A DNA stretch of 64,000 nt from Styela clava. Taxonomy: Eukaryota. Made by a program: the position numbers and the translations under genes. The notes below the pieces were generated by a model. It saw nothing but the letters and a program-made list of their open reading frames with translations. It ran no database searches and had not been told where the DNA came from. The stretch covers positions 6,014,001 through 6,078,000 of the forward strand of contig NC_135262.1 of the NCBI RefSeq assembly GCF_964204865.1. Reading direction: 5' to 3'. Within the stretch, counting starts at the first letter, position 1, and every line of letters starts with the position of its first letter. Positions 60,350 to 64,000 of this stretch are shown here, piece after piece.

Positions 60350-63300
60350 GTAAAGCATCACCATAAGTGACTAAATTACTTATAATCTACTTCTACCTAA
60401 TATTTGCTTGCTAAAACTACAAATAATACTGCATAAGCACGCACAGAAATTTCATTTTCTTTACCAGCCATTGGGGCTATACAGGAAATAATGAGAATAA
60501 CAAACTTTGATAAATGAGAAACATTTCATTGATATTTTTTATAATAACTAAGATATAACAAACTTTGATAAATGAGAAACATTTATAAGATATGAAGCTG
60601 TCTGATTTTTTCTCGATGAATCGTTTTTTCCGTAGTTAATATCATTTTACTCCAGGCGAATCGTTTTCCATATCCTGTCTAGTTCCCCAGTACTTTTACT
60701 GTCCTGGGTGCCAGTAAACCAAAAAATAAGTTGACAGTGCAACAACTGGTGTGAATGTGCATACCAAGTACGCGACAACTGCAATCCATCTTTTACTATG
60801 AAATAAAACAAAATAAAACCTCAGTTACGATTGGATTTTTGTCTTCAACGTGAAAGCTCAGTTAATGTATCAAACGCTGCAGCAATCAGAAACACAATGA
60901 ACAATAAAGTTTCAGAAGAATTACAGTACCGGCACATATAACCTAACTTTAGAATGATATATCTGCTCAATGCAACAAAAACATAAAAAAATGTGTGAAA
61001 GTGATTCCAGAGAACGAACTGTTGGGAAATAGATATTTGCGATATAGATTCGCGGAAAGGAAGTTTTGCGAGAATGAACTCTCGCAATGATGTACTTTTG
61101 CAAAAAAAGGACTTTTGTGCGAATGCATGGTATTTAGTGATAAGGTGATTTTGAGCAGAATTTTTAATCAGTATAAATTTTATCACGCATACTGCTAACC
61201 TAACCCAAATATAAGCTTGATTCCTGCATATAAATAAAAGTCAGTTCTCACAGGAAAACTCCAGAGGCGCTTGAACTGCAAGATAATACATCTACTATTC
61301 ATTTGTTTCCGTTTTTGAGCATATATATATATATATATACTGCTCAAAAGCACATTCTCCCATAAGTAAATTTGTCTAGTCTGTACATACATCTGGTTAT
61401 ATAACTTGTATTACACTGCTTTAAAACATGCAGTTTATTTGATTGAAAAACAAATCACTAATTACCAGTAATTAATCTTCGGCTCGGAGTTCAGAAGTTC
61501 GATTCGGTCGGTGTTGAATGAAAATTGTATATGTGGACTTGATGTCACCGTCGTCGCCATTTTTATATCTCAATATCTTCCGGATTGTTTGTATTTCCGT
61601 CTATTTAGAAATTCTCACCTATTGTGATCTAAATTGAACAGAATTTCGTTTTTTTGTTGGATTTAATCGAATCGATGGAAGGCCTCTGGCTAGCACGTAG
61701 AGCAGAACAGAACCGGTACCTACAGACCTATAATTTTCAAGTGAATCAAATTTGATTGATTTTTCCCAATCTTAGGAAACTCTGAAACTGAAACTCGGCC
61801 CTCAGTTTCCTGTAATGTTTGGGCCAAACCATAAGTCATAATGAAGTATGGCCGCATGGAACATTACTTTTGGTAATATTTCAATGTGTTCGATTTGGGT
61901 GTCGCTGCTAGATAACCAGCTTTAGTTCCACGCGGCTTCCCTTCTCCAGTGAAATTTGTATTCGATTCAATTTGTATTATTTCTTTGAACTTTGCATGTT
62001 ATTTTCCTACTGGATAGAAAAAATGAACTTAACTATGACTATGTTAATCGGCTTTGATAGACCTAAATTTTGAAGCATCCTGTAGTAAAAGGCATTGATA
62101 GATGCCCTATCTACGAGAGAACTGTTAAGCAATAAATCTGAATCCTGTCAACAAACTGCCTTCGTCCTAACAGCAGTAAATTTGTGTTTCTAAGTTGACC
62201 AAAATAAGCGATATAGCGCTACACTGCCGCTAATACAACAGAAAATGCTGAATTACCACCAGTAAATAAACGCCGCCTCTCTCATTTGCTGGCTATATTT
62301 ACGTCATGTTGTAATCAAACGACCGACGGACGTAATCGTTGTTTTCTGACGGGCTCCAGGCTTTGATTACTAAAATTAAATTATTCTCTTTCAAACATAC
62401 GACTGGCTTGTTTGCTTGACTGGATTGAAAACAATGTACATCCCACACTCGCTAAGGCATCTAACGCCATGCATTATTTAGCGTAATATTTGCTACACGC
62501 ATCAGTCCGAAAATCGCAGCCGTTAATGTGGCAGTAGATGTCAGAATAAATAAAAAAAAAATAAGAAAGTAATACGACTTTTTATCGATATGCTACGCAA
62601 CTCCTTATACTGCCTCATAATAATTAACGCATCGATTGATATATTATGATGCAACGGAATCGATCAAATCTCTACACATTTTTTAAACTCTGCCGTCTAC
62701 TACTTCTACGAAAATTACCAGGTATCGGCGATAGTTTTCCCTAAAGCTTTTTACCACGTCGAAGTCTTGATGTTTTCGAAAAGGCTAATGATACAACTGG
62801 CAGTTCGTTTCAATAATGAGTATTTGTTTTCGCACTTTTTGAACTCCTCAGACCTTTTTTTGCGGGATGTATATCCGCCGGTTTATTTATTATAAAAACT
62901 ATAAATACCGACGTGGACAATGGAATCTTCATTTATTTAAAATCACGGTCGCTCTTCGATTTGATATCGTATCTGGTCGTAACTAGCTCGGGTGTGACAT
63001 TTGTGAAATAAATTCGGACAGAAATCGCACAATTCGCATGTCCGAATCGTAAACTTAACAATAATCGATGCAGTAAATCGTATTTCACGGGATATTACCA
63101 TTTCTTAGACTTGATCAAAATATCATCGAGTCGGGAGCGCTCCAGAAGTATGTGTACCAACATGTTCACCACACGAAAGAATCACATGATAAAATGGGGT
63201 CACGTCGACTGAGGCGGTCGGAGCTGTGCAAGAATAGTCAAATCTGACCCATTTGGGCAATATATTAGTCGAAACAACAGTTCCGACTCTGCAAACCGCG

Positions 63301-64000
63301 CGACACTAAGATATACATAAAATCAAACAAAAAAGGGCAAGTTCAGTCCTGTCACAAAAGCAAATAAAACACCTCATTGATATCAGCCCTGACATGCTAT
63401 TGTTTATGCGACGATAATACAAGAAAGCAATGCTCAAATATATGGATATGAAGTCCAAAACAAAGTACTATTCGTACTTACTATTTCGTACTACCGGTAT
63501 CAATTAATCTCCGAATTTCGCATAGCGTCGAATCCAATCAGAAAATGCCGTCACGCTTGGCGGATGAAAAATCGTGTTCCCATGAAAAATAAAATTATAG
63601 AGAAAATGGCAGTGGCGGCGCGTCAATAGTTCTTACAAATATAAAGCAGTGATGAATTTCTCGAATCGAATATTCAAAATTTTATTTCCTTATTGCAAGA
63701 ATTCTTTTCGATACTTTCAAATAACAGATTGTTGAATGATATGAATTAGGATGATAGTTTGAAACAAATACCCCATTTTACAGGCAACACCTCGGGAACC
63801 ACTCTTAAACAAAGCACCGAAAATTTAAAAATGGAAAATATACAAAGAATTTTTCCGCGGTCAAAGGTCGGGGAAAGGTTCATTCAGTGAATCGTCCGCG
63901 CCAGATTATTTTACCCCGGCCGTATTTTGCCGACCACTGGGATACGCAAACTACCGTACCTTACTGCGAAGACGAGTTTAGCAATCCTTTCGCGTGTAAT

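Noticed and set aside
56700-64000. Additional protein-coding gene in the right end of the window
   Set aside because: No recognisable domains or phase-consistent exon chain; isolated donor-like sites (e.g. ~57432) could be MPRIP 5' UTR exons but cannot be supported.

Overview
AT-rich, intron-dense metazoan genomic DNA, most likely an invertebrate chordate such as an ascidian (inferred from gene structure and repeat content, not proven). Two spliced genes on the minus strand were reconstructed by hand with consistent GT-AG phases: a LONRF-family gene (RING-TPR-RING-LON substrate-binding domain; 15 coding exons, ~731 aa, 8563->1840) and an MPRIP/TRIOBP-family gene (two PH domains plus long coiled coil; 39 coding exons, ~1774 aa, 50806->12672). 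Intron 3 of the MPRIP-like gene holds a complete, very young Ty3/Gypsy (Mag-like) LTR retrotransposon (41731-46787, identical 141-bp LTRs, GAGCC target-site duplication, single intact gag-pol ORF). It is the most unusual object here: its LTRs end TA...TA instead of TG...CA, it has no tRNA primer-binding site, and the 11 nt at the LTR/leader junction are perfectly complementary to a sequence ~30 nt downstream of the LTR TATA-like box. That is the layout of a self-priming (Tf1-like) element, in a lineage lacking a chromodomain. The rest of the window holds GG...CC/8-bp-TSD (Merlin-like) MITEs carrying TTAGGG and YY1-like motifs, hAT-derived MITEs, a tRNA-derived SINE family, minisatellites and a nested transposon pile at 53.3-56.7 kb.
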